Source: Octopus sinensis (lineage: Eukaryota). From it: 64,000 bases of DNA. Of this stretch, positions 1 through 11,438 are shown one piece after another. A model generated the notes under the pieces. It was not told the origin of the DNA and did no database searches. It worked only from the letters and a program-made list of their open reading frames with translations. The first letter of the stretch is position 1, and each line of letters opens with the position of its first letter. Made by a program: the position numbers and the translations under genes. The stretch lies in contig NC_042998.1 of the NCBI RefSeq assembly GCF_006345805.1, forward strand, positions 117,614,001 to 117,678,000, read 5' to 3'.

Positions 1-384
1 TGGTAAGACAAACGATTTATAAAGAGCCAATTTTGTGTTGTTGTTTATATGTAGTTGACGCCAAACACGTGACTCCAAACTCCCAAATGCTTGTGCTGCC
101 CTTTGAATTCGCAGAGGTAAACAGAAAAAAAATAACGATTTTTTTGTCTTTACCTGCGTGAGTTGTAGAGTGATATCTTATGGTAGTGGAATAATATTTA
201 ACTGCTATTTCTAAATTGGGGTACGTCGTGAAGCAAATTTTGCTGAACCCTAATTATAATTGGGCTTATAATTATAGAATTTTTGTATAAGGTTACCGAT
301 AATGGTTCTTTTAACATATCGAACTACTTGGTAAACTTATTAATGATTAATTGATTAATTAATTTTACCCTTTATTATTATTGA

Positions 385-437
<53 letters not shown>

Positions 438-599
438 AGACAAGGTATAATAATAGCGTTATTTTTTCCTTTGTTGTAGTAAATTTGAAGTGGATTCCTT
501 TACTAATCTAAACAATATTGTTAGCCTGGTGTACTAAAAAAGTGTTTATAACGTATGTTGCCTGGATTGATAATGTTCTGCCTAATAATTCTGTCCTTT

Positions 600-992
600 G
601 ATGAATCTCTGCATGAGTACATATAGAAATGTACCGTGCACACAAGGGGAGGGCCCTTTGTTTATATTGGGTAGACGGCTGATTCAATTAAGAATCGTTA
701 TCGTAACAATGTTGCCAGCTTTAAGACAATCAATAAGAGACATTCAACATCTTTGGCAGATTTTGTATGGCGAATGAAGGAGGATAAAACGAAGTCCAGC
801 ATTAACTGGTCCATAGTAATGTATACGAAACCATACTATATAATTTCCAGGAGATGCCGACTCTGCAACGAGGAATCCCTTTCTATTCTGTGGACTAACG
901 AGAAGATAATTAATAGAATTTCTGAACGACTCACGAGATACTTACGCGCATATAAATGTACTTTCGCACAATGCAGTGAGAATGAAGTTTGA
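600..992 (+). pseudogene. Penelope-like element GIY-YIG endonuclease fragment (degenerate)
   Basis: The frame of ORF 753..992 extends upstream as EYI*KCTVHTRGGPFVYIG*TADSIKNRYRNNVASFK...RHSTSLADFVWRMKED..INWSI...RRCRLCNEE. This matches the GIY..YIG, R and CxxC motifs of PLE endonucleases. It has two in-frame stops. Confidence 0.85.
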
Positions 993-1417
993 GTAACCGT
1001 TAACTTAACTTAATTTACTTGAAGCTATAGACGACTTAAGTTTTCTTTTAACCTCTCCATTCTTATAAACACCAAGTAGATAACTAACTCGCTTTGTGAT
1101 CATGAGTACACCAAACTACAGGTGTGTGTATGCTCACATTTTTGCGGATGCTTGTAACATGAGTGTACGCGCGCCATGCTGATTTCCCGAGGGCGTTCAT
1201 ACATTCATATATGTTAACGGTTATTTTAAATACTTTACGTGCTGGATTGCGTGTTCGTTTCGCTTTTTGTCATCTGTGATTTTATTTTTGATTTTCTATA
1301 TAAATGAAGATGCTTTCTCCGTCTGGTTTCTTTTCTCTCTACAGAACGAGTGATATTTATCACCGGAGGAGATACATCTGCACCACTGAATTCTCCTGAA
1401 CCAGTTGCTGAGTGTCC

Positions 1418-1462
1418 CACCCATGAGGAATCGATGCTAGATGTGTCGAAACAATTGTCGTG
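1418..1462 (+). ncRNA. Degenerate minimal type I hammerhead motif
   Basis: CAC-ccATGA(G)...CGAAAC-AATT-GTC-GTG. The 3' half is intact with a palindromic AATT loop III and a GUC site. The CUGAUGA core is mutated to CCAUGA. Confidence 0.5.
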
Positions 1463-1507
1463 ATTAATAATAAATTCTCGTATATTCTATTTTCTGTCTT
1501 TCATTTG

Positions 1508-1544
<37 letters not shown>

Positions 1545-1668
1545 TCAGTAATAATAATCATTAATTTCACCAAGTAGATTTCGGCATGTAAAAGGGGGAG
1601 GGGGTTGGTGACACAAACTTTCATTCACACTTTGAATGTGGTGATACTGGTAACGGCTTTAGCTCGCT

Positions 1669-1722
1669 TTGATACTATGAGTTGAGGTGATGTCTTCTAG
1701 TACCTCGAAATTTAATATACAA
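1669..1722 (+). ncRNA. Degenerate hammerhead motif
   Basis: CTATGA (core lacking G5), stem II GAGGT/ACCTC, then GAAA. Stems I and III are weak. Confidence 0.35.
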
Positions 1723-1741
1723 TTATTCATAATTGTAGAGT

Positions 1742-1832
1742 CCTACGCTGATGAGAAAAATAGTTGGGTAAGACATAATTATCTAATTCTTATGCTTTCC
1801 TAAAACTTAATTTCGAAACGTACGTCCGTAGG
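1742..1832 (+). ncRNA. Minimal type I hammerhead ribozyme, intact core
   Basis: Stem I CCTACG (1742-47) pairs with CGTAGG (1827-32). Core CTGATGA at 1748-54. Stem II is closed by GAAA/TTTC (1755-58/1811-14). GAAA at 1815-18. Stem III AC/GT has a palindromic GTAC loop. Predicted cleavage at GUC after 1826. Confidence 0.85.
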
Positions 1833-1991
1833 TGACTTAATATTCTATGATTGTCCCTGCGTTTGCCTTTCAAGTGCTGTGGTTTTACTGAGATCTCCCT
1901 TTTAGTAGAAGGAATAGCTATAACTCTTTGACTGCTATTTCTAAACTCGGTGTGTGGTGAGGCAAATCGTTGCTAAACCCTTAATTACTTA

Positions 1992-2029
<38 letters not shown>

Positions 2030-2060
2030 CAAATAAAAGACAGAAGCTGGAATATACGAG

Positions 2061-2204
<144 letters not shown>

Positions 2205-3239
2205 GACAATAGACCCAGTAGAAATGTTTATTCAGGTTATATGTTGCGTTAATTACATGTGGTTTGGATAAAGAATGTATATCCGGTAACATAAACAATA
2301 TTCAATGTCCAGTACAGACGTTATTCATGTTTTATCTTAAAATGTAATTTGATTTTGAATTTTACCGAAACAATAACCATGGCATACATTCCGTCATTGC
2401 TAAAGAAATATAATTCATTATGGTGCTAATACCTTTTATTAACCGACCAATATTTGTATGCGAAATTTATTAATTAGTCGCTAAAACTTTAAAAAATTGG
2501 CTGCATGCTAGATAGATGCATTAAAGATAGAAATTGGAGTGTTTACAACAAAATTGCAGTAGTATCACAGGCATTTACATACAATTCATACCTTTAACGA
2601 CGATCGTTCTTGGAAGTGTCCGAGGTTGTCTTCTCGTTCAAAATGTACGAAGTTATTTTGCCTATTACATCATCCCCGAAGGTTTCTGGCATCTCCTGCA
2701 TGATTTGATATGACGGGCTCGCGCTGCACGTCTATACTAAAGGCATACATCTGACGTGCGCTACCAGGAATTGTCATGCGTGCATAAGAGGATGGTGATC
2801 TCCCCTACCCAAAGTATTTAGCCAATACCGCGTTAGTTTTGACGGGAAAAGTATAGTCGCATACTATTTGTACGCCCCTCTTCGCTAGACTCCAGGGTAT
2901 CTTTAATACACCAGCAGTCATTCTTAGAGTTTTTCCATTACCATATATTTTTCATTGTCGCTATCTTCACCATTACTATTGTTATTGATTTTATTTAGAT
3001 TGAAATACATATTAGTAACATTTTATGTAACTGGGATATGAATTTCGGCTAAAAATGTAATATTATAAAGTGACAGTTTTGATTCTAAATATATAGTAAA
3101 ATCTGTCCTTTTAGTCCAGTTAAATTCTCTTTCCCTCTCATTTGAATGACAACGCTGAGAAGAAAGTTCACAGATAACATATTGTTGAGTAACCGTTGTT
3201 TAAATGCCTACGTTGGAAAGTCTGGTAGTGCAAGTATGA

Positions 3240-4900
3240 TAAATGATAGTTTGTTGTGGTCTCCAACAAATATTCCATTTACATACTGTTGTTTCTTACG
3301 TTAATTTTCCGAAACAGATGGTGTGCATTAAAATAATTCAAAATATTGTTTTGTTTTCTTTTTTTATATTTTTATTTGATATTTCTAAAATCCTATCAAG
3401 TTTTGTTATTGTCTTCGTGCTTTTCGGATGGTGATCGGTGTTTAATAATTGGAAGTCTAATTTTCTAATGTATATAATAATAATGTCTATGGAATTAAAC
3501 TCAATTTCAATGATGCCTAGTTGAGAAATTCTGTCCAATCTAATTAATATAATGAGCCTTGATGTACAATGAGAAAAACATTTGGAAACAGAAACTGAAA
3601 TTCTATTAATTCTTTATTTTCAAGACCGAAATAAACATTCTTGAAAAGGGAAAAAAATATCCAAAATTTTGCCAAAATTATTCAAGATAAAATAACAACA
3701 GTAATAACGGAGATTTTAAATATAATTCCAATAGTTCACGTTGTCTGTTGAAGTTGCATATTTTAATTTAACTCATTACTATTATTAGATTTTTTAATGA
3801 TTCTATTTAAGCCAATTTTGGGGTGCCATTCTCAAGTATTTTTGACATAATGTTATTCGTAAATTGGATTGCCGTTAATTGCTGTGATGTGACTCCCTAT
3901 TAAATAGTGCTTTTCATAGGGGTGTCCATTATTGTATTTGTGGCACTTTACTGTTGCAGCCTCATTTTTATAGGACAATTTTTATAACAGTATGGGTTGG
4001 ATGTCTAACGGTAACATTTGTAATTATAATTTAATTGTTTAATTCAACTAACCGTATAACCTCTATTAAGATCGTCGTAGTCATGGTTAATTAATGAGTC
4101 CTATACGTGTTTATCTTTAAGCTCAATTTTTAGACAGCCAGGAAGTGGCTGATTGTTTAATTTTCTTTTATTGATTAAAATACTGTTTACGATTGGGTTG
4201 TGTACACGTCAATCATTGATATTATGGAGTGTTCTCTCTGTTTATCGCTTACTATTAGGTAAGTTTGACTAGAGATAGGCCACAACATTTATAGTACTTT
4301 CAAGTATTTAGTATTTTTCTAGACGCTTTTGTAGTGAATGATGTGTGTATTAGAACACACATGTTCTAATGTGTGTATTTCTGTCAGTTTTATAGCATTT
4401 ATTAAATATCTTATTTCTTGTTTCTCTATGAGACATTTCTTTATAGTGGAGTGCTCGTGGTAATTATTCTTATGGGTGAGTTCTATAGGCTGTTCTATTG
4501 TGTGTAATTCTGTCAGTTTTATAGCATTTATTAAATATCTTATTTCTTGTTTCTCTATGAGACATTTCTTTATAGTGGAGTGCTCGTGGTAATTATCCTT
4601 ATGGGTGAGTTCATTTGTGATAAAAGAAGGTTGCGTCTGAAGGATAATTAATTATCAAATTTTTATTTTTATTTGATTGGTGTGTTTGGGTTGGACTTAA
4701 AATGTGCTTCTTTACAACAGAGAACGGATTCTTTTCAGCTTTCATTTTGTAGTTATTGTCATCTTTTTTTTTTTAATTTCAGCTAGTTCTTGTAAGTTTT
4801 ATTGAATAGTTTGTATGTTTAATTAATTCCTTTAATGATAGTTTGTCTTTTCTAGTTCAATGAGTCTCGTCATGAACTTTGTTTCCTTTAGTAATGCTGG
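3240..4900 (-). mobile_element. Highly degenerate Penelope-like RT relic
   Basis: Minus-strand remnants appear in the expected order: IIL..(ADK region), VKL..NRENTP, NPIVNSI (RPIVS motif), IMDTPM (MGSP motif), IGLNR (GLYRDD motif), LLNTDHHPKS (SNHP motif). There are many stops and frameshifts, and the boundaries are approximate. Confidence 0.55.
4372..4612. repeat. Tandem duplication, 129-bp period
   Basis: 4372-4483 and 4501-4612 are near-identical (about 112 bp, about 2 mismatches). Confidence 0.95.
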
Positions 4901-5649
4901 TAGTTGTTGAAGGCTGCCCAGCATTTCCGCTAGCTTTATTAATCCGACAGATAATCAGTGAGATGTTACTAGTCGATAGAATTCCTAATTTTCTTGTGTG
5001 TGAGATGTGATTTTCCAGGAGGTTTATCTGCTATGTATCACTTCCATATTTAAAACTGAGGCACATTTTTCACACCAAATATTAATGCCTGGAATTATTA
5101 TTACTATTATTTTTTCCAAGAAAAGTTCAAGGGATTTCCTTCTTTTCTATATATTATATTTTGAAAGAGGAGAGAGTTGATTGGATACGCTGATTGGTAT
5201 CTGACGCTAAATGTTTTAAGTAATATTTTTCCAGATGTTTCTCATGAAATGGCAAGAACACTTAAATATTGCATTATTATAGCTACTGATTTAAAGTTCA
5301 AATAATATGTACTGGCGAATAAATAGGTACTTCCGCGGATTACAAACTTGTTTAACCAGCGGGAAAATACTTATCATTTTCGAATATGTCTAGTAATAGT
5401 TTTCCTTATACTAATTACAAATTTACAGTGTTAATATTATTTTACGATAAGGAGTGAATGGCAAATCTTAATGTACCGGAATTCCAAAACTAGTGCGGCG
5501 TAACAGAGTATAAACAATTAAAATCCGATTTATATACTTATTTGATGAACTAAATATTAAATAGCATTAGATTTTAAATATTGTTGCTAGGAAATATTTT
5601 ATTGAGGTTATAACTGCATCTGTTCGCAGATAAATATGTTCGAGAAGTT

Positions 5650-5875
5650 ATTAAGAAATAACGAAAGGACTAATGCCGTTTGCTGAAGGCCAGTCAATGC
5701 GAACAAATATTATTCGAGCCAAAATAGACAAATCCGTGAAGAGTTCAAAATGTAGAGTTAGTAAATAGGAAGAAGTATTCATTATGCACATAATAAACAA
5801 AGAAGAAACAAACGCAGACACGACTTTGTGCCCAAAGCACTACATTAGGACATGTTACGGCTAAAAGGGTATATC
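5650..5875 (+). mobile_element. R4/Dong-type RLE LINE, C-terminal Zn-knuckle fragment
   Basis: TKGLMPFAEGQSMRTNIIRAKIDKSVKSSKCRV and KRRHDFVPKALH*DML match the ETEG..AAQEQ..RTN..KAKID...KCR..C and RHD.V...IHW motifs. Confidence 0.75.
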
Positions 5876-5949
5876 TTATAGAAATTGGAATTTACATGAG
5901 TGCAGAGTAGGACCAAAAAATGCTCTGTTGTTGGCAGCAAAGACTTTGT

Positions 5950-7530
5950 GACTGGTGATTCTCTATTGAGTGTTTACCACGATAATTATCAATCAGATAA
6001 CTCTGACAACAGTTTGCTCCGCTCTCACAGAATCAACTAAATATAACTCAAACAACTGCGTAAATAAGGACGGAACTACAGAATGCATGACAAAAGGCTC
6101 AGATATTCCGGAACAGGGACTCCATGACCAGGTAAGAGCAAAAGTAAGAAAGGATGGCAAACAGTATCAGTGCTCGATGAGATCAAGAAGTGGGTAACGG
6201 TCGATAACACGGGGAATGACACAGAAGTTAATGCAGAGAAGTTTGACGATGCTGCACATAATAATAGTGCCTGGGAGAAGTATAATGTCTTAAGTGTAGA
6301 CATACTTCTATAATGAGTGTAGAGAAGGGCTGAATAAGGAAGACAAAAGAATGATCGAAGACATTACTAGTATCATTGAGAAAAACATGGATATGGAAAT
6401 AAATGGATTCAGGAAAGTAGATAGAACTTTATTTAGACTGTGGTCATTTAAGGTGAATAAGAAATCAAGACATAATATAACCAGAACGAATAGATTGATT
6501 AACGCCTGCATCATCTATTAGGAAATAAAGTAGACCTCGAACCAAACGTAAAATTGGGAAAGAAGGAAAAGAAACTTGATGGAAAAGGAAAATAAAGCAA
6601 TCAATGAACGAACTACGAAAACATAAACATCTTATAAAGAATGAAAAATGATGAAATCACGAGGGGGGGATAGCAGGAACCAGAATTTAGATATAGGATA
6701 AAGAAAAAGGGGACTAAATATAGTTCTTAAAGAGCTGAAACAAAGATTCCAGGCTAAAACGATAATAATCAAGCGATATGACTAAATAATTGAACAAAAT
6801 AAAATCAACAAATCGTTCCAAGAAGACCAGAAAATGGTTTATCAACAGCTGAATGGAAATGTTTACAGCACGAGAAAACAGACGATGAACAAAGAAGATT
6901 ATGGAGTAGCATCTGGGATAATGGAAGAAAGCAGAACATACACGCTAAATGGTGGAAGGAATTAAGAAAGGAAAATGTGAAGTGAGAGTGAGCAATATTA
7001 GAATAATGACTGAAATGGTACCCGAACAGACAACAAAGATTCCAGACTAGAAATGCCCAAGCTGGATGAGATACAAGGATATCGGACGAAAACTTTCCCA
7101 GCACTGCACGTAAGAATCCTCAAGCAAATGGATAAAATAATCAACAAAGGGAAACAAATCCCAAGTGGCTAACTACAAGTAAACCAACCCTTTGTCAAAA
7201 GGATTCCAGTAAGGGCAATGCAGCGGATAATTACCGGGTTGTCACCTACCTGCCTCTGATGTAGAAACTGAGGACAGAAATAATATATAATTATCTGTAT
7301 AACTTCCGGCAAATGAATACACGAACTGTTTCTGATAGAACAGAAAAGATGCCAAACGAAAAGTCGAGGGACTAAAGACCAACTTCTGCTAGAAAGAATT
7401 GTACTGAACGACTGCAACAAAGAATTACTAACCTGGAATGGCGTGGATCAACTATAAGAAATCGTATGGCATGGCCATTTATGCCTGGATCCCGATCCAC
7501 ATATGGTCACACGTACATTCTCACACCTAA
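5950..7530 (+). mobile_element. R4/Dong-type RLE LINE, N-terminal/RT fragment (degenerate)
   Basis: KRYD*IIEQNKINKSFQEDQKMVYQQLNG, LWSSIWD, DNYRVVTYLPLM*KL, EQKRCQTKSRGTKDQLLLERIVL, MAWINYKKSYGM. The fragment is truncated after RT motif A. Confidence 0.85.
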
Positions 7531-7560
7531 GGTATGAGAACATGACGGAGTGTCCATACA

Positions 7561-7621
<61 letters not shown>

Positions 7622-7754
7622 TTTTTCAGCTATTTCAATGTTGCCATACCGGGGTAACTCTTTTATATATATAATAAATGGAATTGTGTGTAATGGCAAT
7701 TTTAAACTTGTTTCTAATATATATGTGTGTCTGTGTTTGTGTGTGTGTGTACTA

Positions 7755-7903
7755 AGGCTTCTTTCAGTTTCTGTCGATCAAATCCTCTCAGAAGGCTTTG
7801 GTCCACCCGAGGCTATGGTGGAAGACACTTGCTCATGTTGCCAAGCAGTGGGACTGAACCCGGAACCATGTTGTTGGGAAGAAAGCTTCTTACCACACAG
7901 CCA
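7755..7903 (-). mobile_element. tRNA-derived SINE (5' part)
   Basis: The reverse complement begins TGGCTGTGTGGTAAG (A box) and continues GGTTCAGTCCC (B-box-like), then GCAAGTGTCTTC...CTGAAAGAAGCC. Same family as 52340 and 53165. Confidence 0.85.
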
Positions 7904-8219
7904 TGCCCGAGCTAAACACACACAAACATGCACAACCAAACAAACACGCACACACACATATATATACATATATATAGATATAGGTTTATGTGTATTGGTA
8001 TATATAGGCAAACTTATACATATAGCTGTATATATACATATGTGTGTGTGTGTGTGTGTGCATGTGTGTGTGTGCGTGTGTGTGTATGTGTGTGTGCGTG
8101 TGTGTGCGTGTGTGTGCATGTGTGTGTGTCTGTGTGTGAGACTACGTGCGAGCGTAAGTGGATTTATAACTATTTCTTGAATGAAATATATTAAGATACC
8201 TGCTTAGATATTCATTTCG

Positions 8220-8357
8220 GGGAGTGGGGTAGTCGATTACATCAATCCCATTGCACAACTTGTACTTATTTTATCGACTCCCAAAGGATGAAGTGCAATG
8301 TGAACAACGTCGGTAACAGAAATCAGTATGGAAGAACAGCTGAAGTGCCACTAAGTA
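8220..8357 (-). mobile_element. SINE (second family), body part; interrupted by mariner, head part at 9589-9625
   Basis: GTAGTCGATTACATC..GTACTTATTTTATCGAC..GGATGAA matches the copy at 49531. Removing the mariner rejoins ...CCACTAAG-TA-TTTTGCCCGTCGCGCTAACGTTTCTGCCA. Confidence 0.7.
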
Positions 8358-9588
8358 TCAGATCATCCCATAAGCTCTGTCCGATTTTCCTTTTTTTAAA
8401 AAATTGAATGAAAGTTAATAGTATTTTAGAATATATAATGCAATTTAAACTTATTTTTATGCATTTGTGTACATTTAAACTAATTAAATATTATTTTACA
8501 GAATAATATAATTAAAACCCTTTCTAACTTGGAAGTATTCTAAGAGCATTTAAGGCACATGAGTACAAAGAGGAAATTCTGCAAGCGAAGCGAGTCGAAA
8601 CATTCACTTACTTTATGGGAAAATATGCTTGAATGAAAGAACTTGCAGAAGATGAATTGCAAATTTCAGAAGTGGAGATTTCGCCCTTGAAGATGAAGAT
8701 AGAACAGGACATCAAGTTGAGTTTGATGATAAGCTCCTTGAGGATGAAAATCCAGCATTATCAGTTGAAGAATTGGCAATAAAGCTTAGTTCAAACCATA
8801 CAACTGTTCATCAACTTCAACAACTTGGAAAGTTTCCTAAATTTGAAAAATGGGTGCCTCATGAATTGTCCGAAAGCAACCACAAATCCCGAGTTGACAT
8901 CTGCTTTTCTCTCCATTCTCGCGAACTCATTTCACCCTTTTTGGATAGACATGTGAATGGTGACGAAATATGGATCTTCTATCGAAATGTTTATCGTTGG
9001 AGACAGTGGCTTGGTAAAAAGGAAAAAGCTCAACCACAACCGAGAAGGGAAATTCATGGGAAAAAAGGTTCTTCTCTCTATCTGGTAGGATTGCAAAGGA
9101 GTAATTTACTTTGAATCGTTACTGCCGCCTAATGCAACAATCTATGCTCAAGTCTACTGTCAGAAATTAGAGCGTTTGAACCAAGATTTGAAAATAAAAG
9201 ACCCGCTTTAGTGAATCGAAAAGGAGTGACGTTTCATCAGGACAATGCGCGACCCCACACTGCAAAGATGGCATTACAGAAAATCGAAGAGCTTGGCTGG
9301 GAAAAAATTCCTCATTCACCTTATTCTCCTGACCATGCTCCTTCAGACAACCATTTGTTTCGTAATTTACTAAATGATTTTGGGGACATAACTTTTGCAA
9401 GCCAGGAGGAGGTCGAAACTGACATTTCAGAGTTCTTCGCTTTGAAATCAAAAGAGTTTTACATCGATGGGAAGGAAGTGATAGATAATCAAGGAAAGTA
9501 CATTGATGATTAAATTTCAATTAAATATAACATTTGATCATTTGTTTTCTTCATTAAAAATTCGGACAGAACCCATGGGATGACCTGA
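8358..9588 (+). mobile_element. mariner (DD34D) element, near full length, frameshifted transposase
   Basis: TIRs TCAGATCATCCCATAAGCTCTGTCCGA and TCGGACAGAACCCATGGGATGACCTGA. TA duplications at 8356-57 and 9589-90. Motifs WVPHEL, GDEIWI, HQDNARPH, YSPDHAPSD in ORFs 8773..9114 and 9211..9513. Confidence 0.97.
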
Positions 9589-10252
9589 TATTTTGCCCGT
9601 CGCGCTAACGTTTCTGCCAACCCCCTCCCTTAATAAATGCTCAGATATTGCCACTCAAGTGTTACTAATTCAAACGAAATTTCTCATTTCATGAAAATAT
9701 AACTCCGGAGTAAGAGCCCAATTATATTTCTTGTCGTTCGGTGTTGTTACTTTTCTGTTTTTTTCTGCTGCCTTTTACATATACAGGATTACTTAAATAG
9801 TCTACGTATTTTTGATTAGTTGCATTTAAACTAGCATCTCTCATATTTAAATTTAGTATTTTTCTAATTATGTATGAAGAGTATTTTGTTCTCATTAGTC
9901 AAACAATTATTTTGCCGTTTCCGCCAATACAAACACTGGAAAATAATATATTTCTTTATAAATACAATAGCTTTATTATCGACAAATAATGATGTATTTG
10001 TCTCTCGTTGTGGTCTTCATTTGCAGATCTTTATGCATTTGAAACTATTCCCATTCACGTAATTATATTTAACTGACGAATACACACTTCTATATACATG
10101 AGTATATGATTCCGTACAAACTTCATGCACACCTCGTGTGTGTGTGTGTGCGTTTGTGCGTGCATGCGCGTGTGTGTGTAGATATAAATAAACAGATTGT
10201 TGTATATGCACACATATATAAATATATGTATTCATAAATGTATGTACAATAT

Positions 10253-10383
10253 GATCTTACCAATCGGTTTCGCGTTAGGGGTACAACGGACTGCTACGTA
10301 ACCCCCTGAATATATAACCCTACAGTCATCAGAGGTACCCCATATGGAATCAAATCTGGCGACTGCTCACCATTGGTAAGATC
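10253..10383 (-). ncRNA. Candidate degenerate type III hammerhead
   Basis: A 12-bp perfect IR (10253-64/10372-83) closes stem III. On the minus strand CUGAUGA (10326-32) and GAAA (10268-71) are in type III order. Position 17 is G and stems I/II are weak. Confidence 0.45.
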
Positions 10384-10495
10384 AACCGTCATGGATATGT
10401 AATACTGTATACTTGAGATAAGATACCCACTCTATTGACAGGTATAGCAACGCATATTTTTCCTTATTTATAGAATTAAATATATACATACGAGG

Positions 10496-10888
10496 TTTTT
10501 CACGCTAACTACTGATAATTTCTTATAAAGATTTTATCCTCAATTGTAAATTTATATTTTTCACCGGAATAGTTCAATACTGAATTTTTGTTCCGAGTAA
10601 GCAATTTGTCACCGAAATGCATTGCGAATAAGCCCGCCATTTTCATAGATATGTAAAGATAAACATTCGTACATGCTACGACGAATTCTACGGTTGGCTA
10701 TCGGGTATGTAACGTTATGTTTTTTCTTATATGTCTTGAGTTTGTTGCACTGATGAACATAGAATGTATTTTTTAAATGACTTGGTTTGAAGTTTTGCAT
10801 TCGGTAAAATTTTGTTTATTTTAGTAGTTTTGACCGCATTGGTCCCTCTTAGCGTGCGGTATCTATGAATAGTAATACCCTCAATATA

Positions 10889-10889
<1 letters not shown>
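10496..10889 (+). repeat. Hammerhead-associated repeat, homologous to 32074-32421 with permuted module order
   Basis: Module A (10496-10555) matches 32365-32421. 10684-10889 matches the loop and right arm of the 32-kb palindrome, with a ~50 bp deletion through the HHR. CTGATGA is retained at 10750-56. Confidence 0.9.
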
Positions 10890-10935
<46 letters not shown>

Positions 10936-11064
10936 GGACACACACACACATATATATATATATACTTATATATTTACATAAAATGTATATATCTATATAT
11001 ATATATATATATATATATAAACAATAATAAATCTCTGAGCGAGGTATAAACAGTAACTGCTCTT

Positions 11065-11290
11065 TAATATAAGCGGGATCAGCCATCTGAATGTGGCTAG
11101 GGACAGGGCGGGGTGGTGGGGGTGTTACTGATTCATTTAGCCCCAGGCGACTATAGACGTCACTAGAAGAGCCGGCTAGATGGTGTCGGCTCTTCTAGTG
11201 ACGTCTATAGTCGCCTGGGGCTAAATGCATCAGTAACACCCCCCACCACCCCGCCCTGTCCCTAGCCACATTCAGATGGCTGATCCCGCT

Positions 11291-11297
<7 letters not shown>
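11065..11297. repeat. Fold-back palindrome, 110/111-bp arms, 12-nt loop
   Basis: 11065-11174 is the reverse complement of 11187-11297, with 1 substitution and 1 extra C. Confidence 0.97.
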
Positions 11298-11380
<83 letters not shown>

Positions 11381-11387
11381 GATAATG

Positions 11388-11438
<51 letters not shown>

